A stretch of DNA of 64,000 bases from Nitrosopumilus sp. GTDB taxonomy: Archaea > Thermoproteota > Nitrososphaeria > Nitrososphaerales > Nitrosopumilaceae. The notes beneath the pieces are model-generated. The model worked only from the letters and a program-made list of their open reading frames with translations. It was not told the DNA's origin and made no database searches. Position numbers and translations under genes: made by a program. Shown here in pieces: positions 10,095 to 20,615 of the stretch; position 1 is the stretch's first letter, and each line of letters opens with the position of its first letter. The stretch is taken from positions 1,536,001 through 1,600,000 of the forward strand of contig OY759726.1 in NCBI GenBank assembly GCA_963662625.1, read 5' to 3'.

Positions 10095-11087
10095 TCATCC
10101 CCCTTCGGTTAGGTACTTGTCCACGTCTATGGCCGCCATGCAGCCGTACCCCGCGGCGGTGACCGCCTGCCGGTACGTCCTGTCGTGGACGTCCCCGGCC
10201 GCGAACACGCCCTCCACGCTGGTCCTGCTGCCCCCCTTCAGGGAGACGTAGCCGTCGGCGTCGAGGTCTATCTGGTTCCTGAACAGGGCGGTGTTGGGCT
10301 CGTGGCCTATGGCGACGAACAGCCCGCCGACGTCCAGCGTCGCCTCCCGGCCCGTCTTGACGTTCCTGACGGTCGCCTGCCGCACCTTCTGGTCGCCACT
10401 GATCTCCGTCACCTCAGAGTCCCAGTGGAACCTCACCTTCTCGTTGCCAAACGCCCTCTCCTGCATCACCTTGCTGGCGCGCAGCTTGTCCCTCCTGTGC
10501 ACCAGGTGGACCGCGGAGGCGAACTTCGTGAGGAACGTCGCCTCCTCTATGGCCGAGTCGCCGCCGCCCACCACCACCAGCTCCTGGTTCCTGAAGAACG
10601 GCCCGTCGCAGGTGGCGCAGTACGACACGCCCTTCCCGCCGAACTCCCGCTCCCCGTCGAGCCCCAGCTTCCTCGGGTTCGCGCCGGTGGCGATGATCAC
10701 GGCCCTCCCCTCGTACTCCTCGGACGCGGTGAGGACCTTGAACGGCCTCATCCTAAAGTCCACGTTCACGGCCTCGTCGTCGACTATGGCGGCGCCCATC
10801 CTCTGGGTCTGCTTCCTCATCTCGGTCATCAGGTCCGGCCCCATGATCCCGGCCTGGAAGCCCGGGTAGTTCTCGACCTCCGTCGTGTTGACCAGCTGGC
10901 CGCCTGGCAGTATCCCGGAGATTATCGCCGTGTCGTAGCCGGCCCTGGAGCAGTATATCCCGGCCGTGTACCCGGCCGGCCCGGCGCCGATCACCACCAC
11001 GTCGAACCGGGTCTTCTTCTTCTCCGGCATCTTGGGGGGCTCCCCCTTCTCGTCCAGCGCCGACGCCGGCGGGCTAGCTGCCATCAT
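10095..11087 (-). CDS. trxB: Thioredoxin-disulfide reductase
   Basis: GAGPAG, CATCDG, GGGDSA, GVFAAGDV, QAVTAAG.G. Confidence 0.97.
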   Translation of the reverse strand: MMAASPPASALDEKGEPPKMPEKKKTRFDVVVIGAGPAGYTAGIYCSRAGYDTAIISGILPGGQLVNTTEVENYPGFQAGIMGPDLMTEMRKQTQRMGAAIVDDEAVNVDFRMRPFKVLTASEEYEGRAVIIATGANPRKLGLDGEREFGGKGVSYCATCDGPFFRNQELVVVGGGDSAIEEATFLTKFASAVHLVHRRDKLRASKVMQERAFGNEKVRFHWDSEVTEISGDQKVRQATVRNVKTGREATLDVGGLFVAIGHEPNTALFRNQIDLDADGYVSLKGGSRTSVEGVFAAGDVHDRTYRQAVTAAGYGCMAAIDVDKYLTEGG

Positions 11088-11114
11088 CCCACGCGATCTC
11101 CGCCGTCCGAGCAT

Positions 11115-11888
11115 TTAAGTCATTGTCAGCTCCCCCAGCTTCGCCCGGTGCCTCGCGCACAGGGCCCCGATCTCGAGCTGGGAGCGCAGCAGGTCCCTCT
11201 GCCAGTGGGAGTTGTACAGCCGGCAGTCGGGGTCGCCGCAGAACGCCTCCTGCGTCTCGTAGTAGAACAGGGCCTGCATGACGTACCCCTGCACCACCCC
11301 GGCAAGCCTCGGGTCGCGGCGCTCCAGGAACTCCCCCCTGAACCTCTCCCTGATCGCCTCCGCGTCCGCGCCGGTCCTGGCGCGCGCGGCCATCCCCAGG
11401 TAGTACGCCCTGGGCTTCGCCGGCGCCTCCACGATCCCCGTGGTGGATATCACCGACGGGTTGGACCCGATGACGGCCCTCCCGTGGTACCTGCCGTCGG
11501 ACTCGTCGTAGGTGCACGTCATCTTTGCCGTGAACACCACGTGGAACACGTCCTGGCCCAGCTCGTCCCGCGGGACGGCGCCCCCCAGCGCGCCCTGCAG
11601 CTCGAACCCGTCGTAGTAGGCGCCGCCGCCGGCCCCGGGATCCGACGCGCAGAGCCTCTCGAACTCGACCTCCCCGGCAGACGGCTCGCGCCTCTCGAAC
11701 GGGGAGCCGAGCCTGGATATCCTGGACGCGGCGACCCGGCGCAGCACGCCCTCGCCGCACCCCCGCAGGATGGGGCCCCTCCTCTCGGCCGGCACCCCGA
11801 ACGTCTCCTCCACGAACGCCGCCGCGCCGTCGAGGCATATCTCCGGGACCGCGGGCTCGTCGTAAAGTATGACCCTGGACGTCTTCAA
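11115..11888 (-). CDS. Putative archaeal metallopeptidase (DUF6775-like)
   Basis: RYHGRAVI, TTGIVEAPAKP, FC.DPDCRLYNSHWQ, LC..H; TTG start inferred. Confidence 0.75.
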   Translation of the reverse strand: MKTSRVILYDEPAVPEICLDGAAAFVEETFGVPAERRGPILRGCGEGVLRRVAASRISRLGSPFERREPSAGEVEFERLCASDPGAGGGAYYDGFELQGALGGAVPRDELGQDVFHVVFTAKMTCTYDESDGRYHGRAVIGSNPSVISTTGIVEAPAKPRAYYLGMAARARTGADAEAIRERFRGEFLERRDPRLAGVVQGYVMQALFYYETQEAFCGDPDCRLYNSHWQRDLLRSQLEIGALCARHRAKLGELTMT

Positions 11889-11911
11889 CGGCTGGCGTGC
11901 GGCGCCGCGGC

Positions 11912-12730
11912 TTATCTTTCTAGCTCTCTTACCTTCTCGGCCGCGATCTCCGCGGCCTTCTTGCCGGAGAACAGCATGGAGCCGAACGTCGGCCCCATCC
12001 TGGCCAGCCCGTGGGTCTCGGTGACCGACATGCCCGCGGCCACCAGGCCCGGGTACACCTCGCCCGTCTTCGACACCACGTGCTCCTCGCCCTCGTCGAC
12101 GTACATCGGGTTCATGCCCTTCCACTCCGCCAGGCCCCTGTCCACGAGCCTCTTGACCGCCACCGAGTCGTGCCCCGACGCGTCGATGACCACCTTGGAC
12201 TCGAACGCCACGGGGTCCACGCAGGTGATGTTCCTGGGCAGCGCCGACACCGGCATCCAGTTGACCACGATGCCCCTCACCCTGCCCCCCTTCAGGACCA
12301 GGTCGTCGAACTTCGTCAGGTTGAGGAACTTCACCCCGGCGTCGCAGGCCCCGGCGATGAGCTTCGAGACCGCGTGCGGGCCGGGGGTGAGGTACAGCCC
12401 CTCGCCGGCCTTCTTGTACGGCACGCCGAGCTCGTCCCAGATCTTCTGCGCCGGGTCCCTCACCGTCACCGGGTTCATCATGTACCCGCCGAGCCAGTAG
12501 CCTCCGCCGAGGTAGTTGTTCTGCTCGATCACGAGCACCTTGAAGCCCATGTTGGAGAGCTCCCTGCTCGCGGTCAGGCCGGCGGGGCCCGCCCCGATGA
12601 TTATCACGTCGGACTCGGCCCTGTCCATGAGGACGGCGTGGAACTCGTCGGCTATCGCGCGGGTTATCTCCACCTCGCGGACGTCGGCGAACAGCTTTGC
12701 AGGCTTTTCGGCGACGGCTGCCTCTTGCAT
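11912..12730 (-). CDS. thi4: Sulfide-dependent adenosine diphosphate thiazole synthase
   Basis: GAGPAGL, GGGYWLGG, CVDP, RMGPTFGSMLFSG. Confidence 0.95.
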   Translation of the reverse strand: MQEAAVAEKPAKLFADVREVEITRAIADEFHAVLMDRAESDVIIIGAGPAGLTASRELSNMGFKVLVIEQNNYLGGGYWLGGYMMNPVTVRDPAQKIWDELGVPYKKAGEGLYLTPGPHAVSKLIAGACDAGVKFLNLTKFDDLVLKGGRVRGIVVNWMPVSALPRNITCVDPVAFESKVVIDASGHDSVAVKRLVDRGLAEWKGMNPMYVDEGEEHVVSKTGEVYPGLVAAGMSVTETHGLARMGPTFGSMLFSGKKAAEIAAEKVRELER

Positions 12731-12773
12731 GCGTGCCAAGGGCCGCCGAGCCCATTAATACTTTGTCACAAGG

Positions 12774-12816
12774 CGCGGGGGCCGGGGTTAGGATCCCCTA
12801 ACCCGCCGGCCCCGCG
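12774..12816. promoter_or_regulatory. Long imperfect inverted repeat between the divergent thi4 and sir promoters
   Basis: CGCGGGGGCCGGGGTTAGG-ATCC-CCTAACCCGCCGGCCCCGCG, flanked by TATA-like ATTAATA and TTTATAA. Confidence 0.6.
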
Positions 12817-12855
12817 TGAAAAATTTATAACCAAAATCACGCCCCTTTCATTGTA

Positions 12856-14664
12856 TTGACCGTCCCCGATCTCGGGCAGTCCCGCCCCGACCCCGCCATG
12901 CCGAAGACCGACTGGTCCCGGGCCGAGGAGGCCGACAACTTTGCCCGCACCGTGAAGATGTTCCGCCAGGGCGGGTACGACGAGGACAGCTTCCGCAGGT
13001 TCAGGCTGCAGCACGGCGCGTACGGCACCAGGATGACCGGCGACTACGCCATGGTGCGGATAAAGCTTCCCGCCGGCGAGGTGTACCCGCACCAGCTGGA
13101 GAAGATCGCCCAGCTCAGCGAGCAGTTCTCGATAGGCAGCGCCCACGTCTCGACGCGCGAGAACGTCCAGCTGCACTGGGTGGTGCTCGAGGACGTCTCG
13201 GAGGTGTTCCGCGGCCTGGCCGAGGTCGGGCTCACGTCCAGGGAGGCGTGCGGGAACTCCGTGCGCAACGTGATGTGCAGCCCGCTGTCCGGCGTGTGCC
13301 GCGCCGAGGCGTTCGACTCCACGCCCTACGCGCTCGCCACCGCCAGGTTCTTCCTGAGGAACCCGATGGCGCAGAACCTGCCCCGGAAGTTCAAGTTCAA
13401 CTTCACGTGCTGCGAGGAGCACGGCATGGCCAGGATGACCGACGTCGGACTGGTCCCCCACGTCGAGGGCGACGGCGGCGCCGCCCGGAGGGGGTTCAGG
13501 GTGTTCCTCGGCGGGGGGCTCGGGAACAAGTCCTTCGTGGGCCACCAGCTGGAGGACTTTACCAGCGAGGACGACCTGCTGCACACGTCGATCGCCGTGC
13601 TGAGGATATTCGACAGGCTGGGCGACAGGAAGAACATGGCGCGCAACAGGATGCGGTACCTCGTCCACGACATGGGGTGGGACAAGTTCCGGAACCTCGT
13701 GCTCAAGGAGCGGGCCATAGTCAGGGCGACGCAGTCGGTGGTGACGCGGCTGTCCGTGGACCTGGAGCCGGCCGCGATAAGGAGGCCGGTCCGGGTGTCG
13801 GACGGGGGGCCGGCGGCCGCCCCCGACGGCTACGCCAGGTGGCTGCGGTCCAACACCGTCGAGCAGAGGCAGCCGGGCTACCGCTCGGCGTTCGTGGCGC
13901 TGGAGGCCGGCGACGTCACGGCGAGCCAGCTGGTGGCGCTCGCGGGGGCGGTGAGGGACTATTCCCACGAGGGCCGCGCCCGCACGGGCTTCAACCAGAA
14001 CATCGCGCTGCGCCACGTCCACGAGGACGACCTGCCGGGCCTGTACTCGGCGCTGCTGCGGGCCGGCCTGGCAAAGTCCGGCGCGCTGACGATGTCCTCG
14101 CCGATAGGCTGCTCGGGCACCACCTCGTGCAACCTGGCGCTGACCAACTCGCACCGGCTGGCGAAGGAAATCCAGCGCAAGTTCCTGGAGCTGAAGCTCG
14201 ACGAGGACGGCGACCTGGACGGCTCCTCCATAAAGATAAGCGGGTGCCCCAACTCGTGCGGCCAGCACGGGATCGCCACGATCGGGTTCTTCGGCGGCGG
14301 CGCCAGGATGGGCAAGGACATGTACCCCAACTACCAGATGTCGCTCGGCGGGCGCTCCGACGGCGGCACGATGCTGGGCGTCACGTGCATGCGCGTGCCG
14401 GCAAAGAGGGTGATACCCGTGATACTGAAGATCATCGAGACGTTCAGGCAGAACAGGGGGGAGGGCGACACGCTCAGGGACTGGATCCACAGGGTCGTCA
14501 CGGGCCACGAGGGCCCGCCGGTGGCGTCGGTGGCCGACCTCAAGGGGATCCTGGCGCCGCTCGCCGCCCCGCCGGCGATCGACGAGGATCCCGACTTTTA
14601 CGCCGACTACGGCGCCGACACCAGCTACCACACGAAGACCGGAAAGGGCGAATGCGCGGCTTGA
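12856..14664 (+). CDS. sir: Ferredoxin-dependent nitrite/sulfite reductase (siroheme)
   Basis: STRENVQ, CGNSVRN, NLPRKFK, CSGTTSC and SGCPNSCGQH siroheme/Fe-S ligands; linked to a rhodanese. Confidence 0.92.
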   Translation: MTVPDLGQSRPDPAMPKTDWSRAEEADNFARTVKMFRQGGYDEDSFRRFRLQHGAYGTRMTGDYAMVRIKLPAGEVYPHQLEKIAQLSEQFSIGSAHVSTRENVQLHWVVLEDVSEVFRGLAEVGLTSREACGNSVRNVMCSPLSGVCRAEAFDSTPYALATARFFLRNPMAQNLPRKFKFNFTCCEEHGMARMTDVGLVPHVEGDGGAARRGFRVFLGGGLGNKSFVGHQLEDFTSEDDLLHTSIAVLRIFDRLGDRKNMARNRMRYLVHDMGWDKFRNLVLKERAIVRATQSVVTRLSVDLEPAAIRRPVRVSDGGPAAAPDGYARWLRSNTVEQRQPGYRSAFVALEAGDVTASQLVALAGAVRDYSHEGRARTGFNQNIALRHVHEDDLPGLYSALLRAGLAKSGALTMSSPIGCSGTTSCNLALTNSHRLAKEIQRKFLELKLDEDGDLDGSSIKISGCPNSCGQHGIATIGFFGGGARMGKDMYPNYQMSLGGRSDGGTMLGVTCMRVPAKRVIPVILKIIETFRQNRGEGDTLRDWIHRVVTGHEGPPVASVADLKGILAPLAAPPAIDEDPDFYADYGADTSYHTKTGKGECAA

Positions 14665-14672
14665 GCCGGGGA

Positions 14673-15464
14673 ATGACAGCCAAGCCCACCGCGGACGTCG
14701 ACTCCGTGCGCTCCGCCGCGCGGGACGGGAGCGTGCGGGTGGTGGACGTCAGGAGGGAGGATGACTACCGGCGCGGCCACATCCCCACCGCGGTGAACCT
14801 GCCGCTCGCGTCGCTGCTCGCCGACGACAGCACCGACAGCGTCCTGGGGATGGTCAACTCGGCGGGGATCGGCGACGAGACCCCGGTGGTGGTGTACGAC
14901 GACACCTTCGGCGCGCTGGCGTCCAGGATGGCGTGGACGCTGGAGTACCTGGGGCACTCCGACGTCTCCCTGCTGGAGACCACGTACGGCCAGTGGAAGT
15001 CGCTCGGGCTGGAGAGCGACGACGCCGTCCCCGAAGTCAGGGAGGAGCGCCACTCCGTCAGCCTGCGGCCGGGCATACTGGCCACGCACGAGTACCTCGA
15101 CTCGGCGAGGGCCCGGGACGGCGTCGTGCTGCTGGACAACAGGGAGAGGCTGAACTACCTCGAGCAGCACATACCCGGGGCGGTCAGCCTGCCGTACCGG
15201 ACCCTGGCGTCGGCGGGCAGGGTGCTGCGCCCGCGGGCCGACATGAGGCGGCTGCTCGAGAACCGCGGGATAGGGCCGGGCTCCGAGGTGATCACCTACT
15301 GCGGCAGCGTCGGCACCCTGTCGGGGCTGGCGTACTACGCGCTGCGGCAGGCGGGGCTGCGCGACGTGAGGCTCTACGTGAGGTCCTTCAGGGAGTGGAA
15401 GGGCCTGGCAAAGCCCACGGCGAGGCAGGAGGACGCCAGCTACTGGGACCTGTCGGCCGAGTAG
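14673..15464 (+). CDS. Tandem-rhodanese sulfurtransferase
   Basis: GHIPTAV, HIPGA, YCGSVGT active loop. Confidence 0.9.
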   Translation: MTAKPTADVDSVRSAARDGSVRVVDVRREDDYRRGHIPTAVNLPLASLLADDSTDSVLGMVNSAGIGDETPVVVYDDTFGALASRMAWTLEYLGHSDVSLLETTYGQWKSLGLESDDAVPEVREERHSVSLRPGILATHEYLDSARARDGVVLLDNRERLNYLEQHIPGAVSLPYRTLASAGRVLRPRADMRRLLENRGIGPGSEVITYCGSVGTLSGLAYYALRQAGLRDVRLYVRSFREWKGLAKPTARQEDASYWDLSAE

Positions 15465-16580
15465 CTAGGATATCTGGCTGCGGAGCTTCTTCGTGATCGT
15501 CGCCTCCACGTCGTCGAAGAGGCCCAGCATCTTCTCCTTGTTCTCGACCAGGTAGTCCCTGCCGCGGTCCTTCAGCCTGATCTTCCACAGCCTGATCTCC
15601 CTGTGCTCGTCGAAGAACTGCTCGATCATCTGCTCGCCGGACCTCTTGGGCTCGATGAACTCGTCGAAGACCTCGATCGTCTTGTCCACGTCCTCCTCGG
15701 AGATGGCCTCCTTGACGGACTGGATCGCGTGGCTTATCTCCTTGAGGTTCTTGACGGGGGCCGGCAGCCTCTTCCGGGTGATCCCGAACAGGCCCTTCTT
15801 CTCCTTGCCGATCTTCTCGGCCACGTCGGGGGCCAGGTCGTACACGGGGATCTTGCTCAGGCCGTCGCGCTTCTCGTTCTTCACGATCAGCCCCTTCTCG
15901 AGCAGCTTGTTCAGGGACCTGTCCACGTCTGCCTTGTCCAGGAACGTGGTCCACACTATCGAGCCGATGCTGTGGTAGCCCTGCCTGACGGACTCCAGCA
16001 CGACCACCTCCACTATCCTCTTGAAGCCCTCCTCGATCCTCACGTTTACAAAGTCCTTGTCCCTGATCGACTTCCTCGCGTTCTTCACGTCGATCTCTAT
16101 GGAGCGCTTGAGCGCCTCGAGGGCCTCGGGCACCTGGTTGAGCAGCGACAGGTAGCAGGCCTTGTTGTACCACGCCATCCCGTAGGTCGGGTCCGACTCT
16201 ATGGCCTTCTCCACTGCGTTGAGCGCCTTGGAGTGGTTCTTCTGCTCGTAGTGGACCAGGCCCTTGAGGTTCCAGGCCTCCGGGTTGGTCACGTCGATGT
16301 CGAGTATCCTGTCGTACACCTTCAGCGCGTCGTTGTGCTCGTCCAGGTGGAACCTCGCGTACCCCAGCTTCATCAGGGTCTCCACGCTGTCCGGGTCTAT
16401 CCTCAGGGCCTGCTCGAAGACGGCCACCGCCTCCTCGAGCTTCTCGTCGGCCATGAGGTTGATGCCCTTCTTGAACAGCTTCTTGCGGTTATAGTCCGAG
16501 TCGACCAGGGACCGCTCTTCCTTCCCCCCCGCGGGCTCGGCCCCGGGTTCCTTTGGTTTTCTCTGAAACGGCTTCCTCAC
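15465..16580 (-). CDS. Tetratricopeptide repeat protein with C-terminal wHTH-like region
   Basis: TPR consensus (AWNLKG, AWYNKACY) repeated. Confidence 0.9.
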   Translation of the reverse strand: MRKPFQRKPKEPGAEPAGGKEERSLVDSDYNRKKLFKKGINLMADEKLEEAVAVFEQALRIDPDSVETLMKLGYARFHLDEHNDALKVYDRILDIDVTNPEAWNLKGLVHYEQKNHSKALNAVEKAIESDPTYGMAWYNKACYLSLLNQVPEALEALKRSIEIDVKNARKSIRDKDFVNVRIEEGFKRIVEVVVLESVRQGYHSIGSIVWTTFLDKADVDRSLNKLLEKGLIVKNEKRDGLSKIPVYDLAPDVAEKIGKEKKGLFGITRKRLPAPVKNLKEISHAIQSVKEAISEEDVDKTIEVFDEFIEPKRSGEQMIEQFFDEHREIRLWKIRLKDRGRDYLVENKEKMLGLFDDVEATITKKLRSQIS

Positions 16581-16729
16581 TAGGTAAAAGCTGACGATTT
16601 ATCTAGATAAATACTATCCCCAACGGGTGCCTGCTGCCCGGGAGGCGGCCGCGCCTGCCCGGGGAGGGGCGGGGCGCCGGGACGGGGGGCGATCTGTTGA
16701 AAATACAGAAATACCTGAAATTTGCATAC

Positions 16730-18790
16730 ATGCTTATGTCCTCGCCACAGCTGCGCGTCAGGGGGCCGGCCCCGTCCAGAAAGTCCGGCGTATACGAGGT
16801 GGAGATCGCCCTTGCGGGCTCCAGGCCGTCAGACGGCGCCATAAAAGCCAAGGGCTTCCGGCCCCTGTGGAAGGGTTCGTTCCACCTGCGCGTGAGCGAC
16901 GGGACGTTCTCCGAGGTCCTCGGGTCAGGCGACAACCCGATCCCGCCTTCCGTCGGGCAGGCGCCGGAGGTCTGGGTGGTGGTGTCAGACGTCCTTTCCC
17001 CGGCATATTCCGTTTTCAGCGCGCCGACGGGCGCCAAGCCAAAGCCCGGGCCTGCAGGCGGGCAGGATGGGCGGGATCGGCCCCCCGCCGCGGAGGTGCG
17101 CCCGCCGGAGCAGGAACGGCCGGCACCGCCGCCCCCCGCCGCGGAGGTGCGCCCGCCGGAGCAGGAACGGCCGGCACCGCCGCCCCCCGCCGCGGAGGTG
17201 CGCCCGCCGGAGCAGGAACGGCCGGCACCGCCGCCCCCCGCCGCGGAGGCGCGCCCGCCGGAGCAGGAACGGCCGGCACCGCCGCCCCCCGCCGCGGAGG
17301 CGCGCCCGCCGGCGGAAGAGCAGGCGCCTGCCCCCAAGCGCGCCCAGGAAGGCGCCGGCGAGGGGCCGCCGAGGCGGCAGTCCGGGCGCGCCACAAAGGC
17401 AGTCTCAGACGGTGCCGCGCGCCAGGGCGAGAAGGGCCTGGCAGGAGAACAGGGCCCGCCGGGCGACCGCGGCCCCACGGGCCAGCCCGGACTGCAGGGC
17501 GCGCCGGGCCCCAAGGGCTCCCCCGGCCCGCAGGGGCCGCCGGGCGACCGCGGCCCCGCGGGCCACCCGGGAATGCAGGGCCAGCAGGGCCCCAAGGGCC
17601 AGCCTGGAGAGCAGGGCCCTCCCGGGGACCGGGGATCGGTGGGGGAGCGCGGGCCGTCCGGCGACAAGGGAGCCCCGGGCCCCACCGGGATTACCGGCGA
17701 CAAGGGGGACAAGGGGGACAAGGGCCTGACCGGCCCGCCCGGAGACAAGGGGGACAAGGGACTCCACGGCGCGCCCGGAGACAAGGGGGACAAGGGGATC
17801 ACCGGCCCCCCGGGAGAGAAGGGCCAGCAGGGCCCGAGGGGCCCGCCCGGCGACAAGGGGATGACGGGCGCCCCGGGAGACAAGGGCCCGGCCGGCGACC
17901 GGGGGCCGGCGGGGGAGAAGGGCCCCACGGGACATGCCGGAGTCCAGGGCGAGAAGGGCATATCGGGCAAGCCCGGCCCGCAGGGCGAGAAGGGCAACCA
18001 GGGCCCCCCCGGCGACAAGGGCCACGCGGGCATGCAGGGCCCCCCCGGCGACAAGGGGCCGGCGGGAGCCAAGGGCCCCCCCGGCGACAAGGGAATGCGC
18101 GGCCCGCAGGGCCAGGTCGGTGAAAAGGGATCCAAGGGCCAGGAGGGCCCGGTGGGAGAGAAGGGCCCGCAGGGACTGCAGGGGCCCGCCGGCGAGAAGG
18201 GCCTGACCGGGGTACCCGGCCCGCAGGGCGAGAAGGGCCCGCAGGGGTCGCAGGGGCCCGCCGGCGAGAAGGGCCTGACCGGGGTGCCCGGCCCGCAGGG
18301 CGAGAAGGGCCCGCAGGGGTCGCAGGGGCCCGCCGGCGAGAAGGGCCTGACCGGGGTCCCGGGACCTTCCGGCGGGAAGGGCGAGACGGGGCCGGTGGGC
18401 CCGCCAGGAAGCAAGGGCCCCGCAGGCCAGGTCGGGCCCGCGGGGGACAAGGGGCCCAAGGGCCCGGCCGGCCCGCAGGGCGAGCGGGGCCCGGCCGGCC
18501 CGGCAGGAGAGAAGGGCCCGCAGGGCCCGCAGGGGATCCAGGGCCCGCAGGGCGAGCGCGGCCCGGTGGGCCCGGCCGGCCCCGCGGGGGAGCAGGGCCT
18601 GCAGGGAAACCAGGGCCCGGTGGGCCCGGCGGGGCCCAGGGGGCCGCCCGGGCCGCCCGGCGAGAAGGGCGCGGGCGGGGGGATGCCCGCGGAGCAGAAG
18701 GCGCTGCTCAAGGACCTGCTGGAGATTCTCACCGACAAGAACGTCATCACGACGGAGGAGCAGATCAAGCTCATGAGCAACCTGTACTAG
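16730..18790 (+). CDS. Collagen-like protein (globular N-domain, Pro-rich linker, ~138 Gly-X-Y triplets, helical C-terminus)
   Basis: Uninterrupted Gly-X-Y from 17426 to ~18670. Confidence 0.93.
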   Translation: MLMSSPQLRVRGPAPSRKSGVYEVEIALAGSRPSDGAIKAKGFRPLWKGSFHLRVSDGTFSEVLGSGDNPIPPSVGQAPEVWVVVSDVLSPAYSVFSAPTGAKPKPGPAGGQDGRDRPPAAEVRPPEQERPAPPPPAAEVRPPEQERPAPPPPAAEVRPPEQERPAPPPPAAEARPPEQERPAPPPPAAEARPPAEEQAPAPKRAQEGAGEGPPRRQSGRATKAVSDGAARQGEKGLAGEQGPPGDRGPTGQPGLQGAPGPKGSPGPQGPPGDRGPAGHPGMQGQQGPKGQPGEQGPPGDRGSVGERGPSGDKGAPGPTGITGDKGDKGDKGLTGPPGDKGDKGLHGAPGDKGDKGITGPPGEKGQQGPRGPPGDKGMTGAPGDKGPAGDRGPAGEKGPTGHAGVQGEKGISGKPGPQGEKGNQGPPGDKGHAGMQGPPGDKGPAGAKGPPGDKGMRGPQGQVGEKGSKGQEGPVGEKGPQGLQGPAGEKGLTGVPGPQGEKGPQGSQGPAGEKGLTGVPGPQGEKGPQGSQGPAGEKGLTGVPGPSGGKGETGPVGPPGSKGPAGQVGPAGDKGPKGPAGPQGERGPAGPAGEKGPQGPQGIQGPQGERGPVGPAGPAGEQGLQGNQGPVGPAGPRGPPGPPGEKGAGGGMPAEQKALLKDLLEILTDKNVITTEEQIKLMSNLY
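17081..17312 (+). repeat. 51-bp tandem repeat, about 4.5 copies ([17 protein letters not shown])
   Basis: Units start at 17081, 17132, 17183, 17234 and 17285 (partial); near-identical. Confidence 0.95.
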
Positions 18791-18803
18791 GAGGGCATGC
18801 GGG

Positions 18804-19088
18804 ATGAGCGAAAACAGGGAAAAGATCGAGTTCGAGATGCTGGACTACAGGAGGCTCGAGAACGACTTCGTGGCATTCGAGCTGGAGGACGGGACGGTGG
18901 TCAAGGTCAAGGTCGACCTGGACAGGGTCGGGAAGGCAGTGAACTTTACGAACCCCGACGGCACGCCGCACTACGCGATCAACACGGCGGTCAAGCTCTC
19001 CATAATGCCGCCCGGCAAGAGGTTCACGGTGCACAAGAACTCCGCCAAGGGTAAGAACCCGCACCCCCCGGACCAGATGTTCAGCTAG
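18804..19088 (+). CDS. Conserved hypothetical protein, probably co-transcribed with the collagen gene
   Basis: 94 aa, ELEDGTVVKVK; 13 bp after the collagen stop, GGAGG upstream. Confidence 0.8.
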   Translation: MSENREKIEFEMLDYRRLENDFVAFELEDGTVVKVKVDLDRVGKAVNFTNPDGTPHYAINTAVKLSIMPPGKRFTVHKNSAKGKNPHPPDQMFS

Positions 19089-19106
19089 CCGCGCGGCCGG
19101 CGCCGG

Positions 19107-20216
19107 TCACACGCCCCGGGTCTTGACTATGGTCAGCACGTCCTCGTCCTGGAGCACGTGGTCCAGGCCGACGCGCTGCCCGCCGAACTTGACGCTCTTC
19201 CCCCAGACCATGCCGTACCTGAACTCCCTCCTCATCCTCCTGTGCAGCTTGTTGCAGATGTCCTCCACGCTGTCGCCCTCGCGCGCTATCAGCGGCTCCT
19301 CGTAGTCCGTCTCCCCCCCCTTGGGCCTCATGTACACCCTGATGAAGTTGAGCTTCTCGTAGATCTTCTCCTTGAGCAGGCCTATGTTGGTGTTGGAGTT
19401 CGCCGAGACCTCCACGACGTCGGTCGCCAGCTTCGACCTCAGGTCCTCTAGGAACCCCTCGTCCACCAGGTCGATCTTGTTGAGGACGGTCAGCGCCTTG
19501 GAGTAGCTCACGTTCCCGGCGATGTGGTCCGCCAGCTGCTCCGAGGTGACGTCCTCCCTGATCACCACCCTGGCGCTCACTATCCCGTAAAGGTGCAGGA
19601 TGTCCTTGAGGTGCTTCTCGGTGATCCTCTCCATCCGCGCCTGCTGGGCCACGGCGATCCCGCCCATCGCGGCCTTCTCGATCGTGATGTTCGGGGGCAG
19701 CTGGTTCAGCCTGATCCCTATGTTTCCCAGCTCGGTCACCAGCACGCCCTCGTGGTACGGCTGGAAGACGTCCAGGACCAGCAGCACCAGGTCCGCGCTC
19801 CTGGCCACCGACAGTATCCTCTTGCCCAGGCCCTTCCCGGTGGAGGCGCCCTTGATTATCCCCGGCAGGTCCAGAACCTGTATCCTGGCCCCCTTGTACT
19901 CCATCATGCCTGGCACCACCGTCAGCGTGGTGAACTGGAACGCCCCCACGGCGGACTTTGCGTCCGTCAGCCTGTTGAGCAGCGTCGACTTGCCGACGCT
20001 CGGGAGGCCGATGAACACGACCGTCGCGTCGCCCGACCGCCTCACGTCGAAGCCGTCCGACTTTGCGCCGCCCTTCTTCGCCTCCCTGTCCTCCTGCTCG
20101 CGCTTGAGCTTCGCGATCTTCGCCTTGAGGAGCCCTATGTGGTGCTCCGTGGCCTTGTTCAGCTGCGTCTTCGCCATCTCGTCCTGGATGGCCTTGATCT
20201 TCTCGGGGATCCCCAT
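19107..20216 (-). CDS. DRG/OBG-family GTP-binding protein with TGS domain
   Basis: NKATEHH, GLPSVGKS, FTTL, DLPG, NKID, C-terminal TGS. Confidence 0.95.
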   Translation of the reverse strand: MGIPEKIKAIQDEMAKTQLNKATEHHIGLLKAKIAKLKREQEDREAKKGGAKSDGFDVRRSGDATVVFIGLPSVGKSTLLNRLTDAKSAVGAFQFTTLTVVPGMMEYKGARIQVLDLPGIIKGASTGKGLGKRILSVARSADLVLLVLDVFQPYHEGVLVTELGNIGIRLNQLPPNITIEKAAMGGIAVAQQARMERITEKHLKDILHLYGIVSARVVIREDVTSEQLADHIAGNVSYSKALTVLNKIDLVDEGFLEDLRSKLATDVVEVSANSNTNIGLLKEKIYEKLNFIRVYMRPKGGETDYEEPLIAREGDSVEDICNKLHRRMRREFRYGMVWGKSVKFGGQRVGLDHVLQDEDVLTIVKTRGV

Positions 20217-20615
20217 GTCGTCCTCTCCGTATTCGTTTTCCCGTGCGGTATTATTTTTTTTGATTGCCGCGGCCTTCCCAGGAGCGCCCAGCTGGTGCCC
20301 CGGCGGGGGTTCCCGCGGCACCCCGCAGCCAAACACGCGTGACGTGGCGCCTGGCGCGGAGCGCAGAACCCGTGATCCTGCGCACGAAACCGGCCTTGCC
20401 TGCAAGCCAGCGCGGGCATGCGGGGCCCAGTGTCATGCACCCGTTCGCCACAATGCGCCGGATCGCAACGCATCGCCCAAGGACGCGCGCATCGTTCCTG
20501 TGCCTGGCGCGCGCAGGCTCCCTCCGGCAGAGCCCGCCGTACCGTTCCGTTACGTGCATGTTCGCCGCCACGCAGAGCTTCCGGCCCCGCCGGCCAGCCC
20601 CAGCCGTTACGGGAC

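Noticed and set aside
12740-12855. TPP riboswitch upstream of thi4
   Set aside because: No CUGAGA or other TPP aptamer core is visible; only a palindrome
18181-18360. 72-bp internal repeat in the collagen gene as a separate element
   Set aside because: Ordinary intragenic duplication of Gly-X-Y blocks
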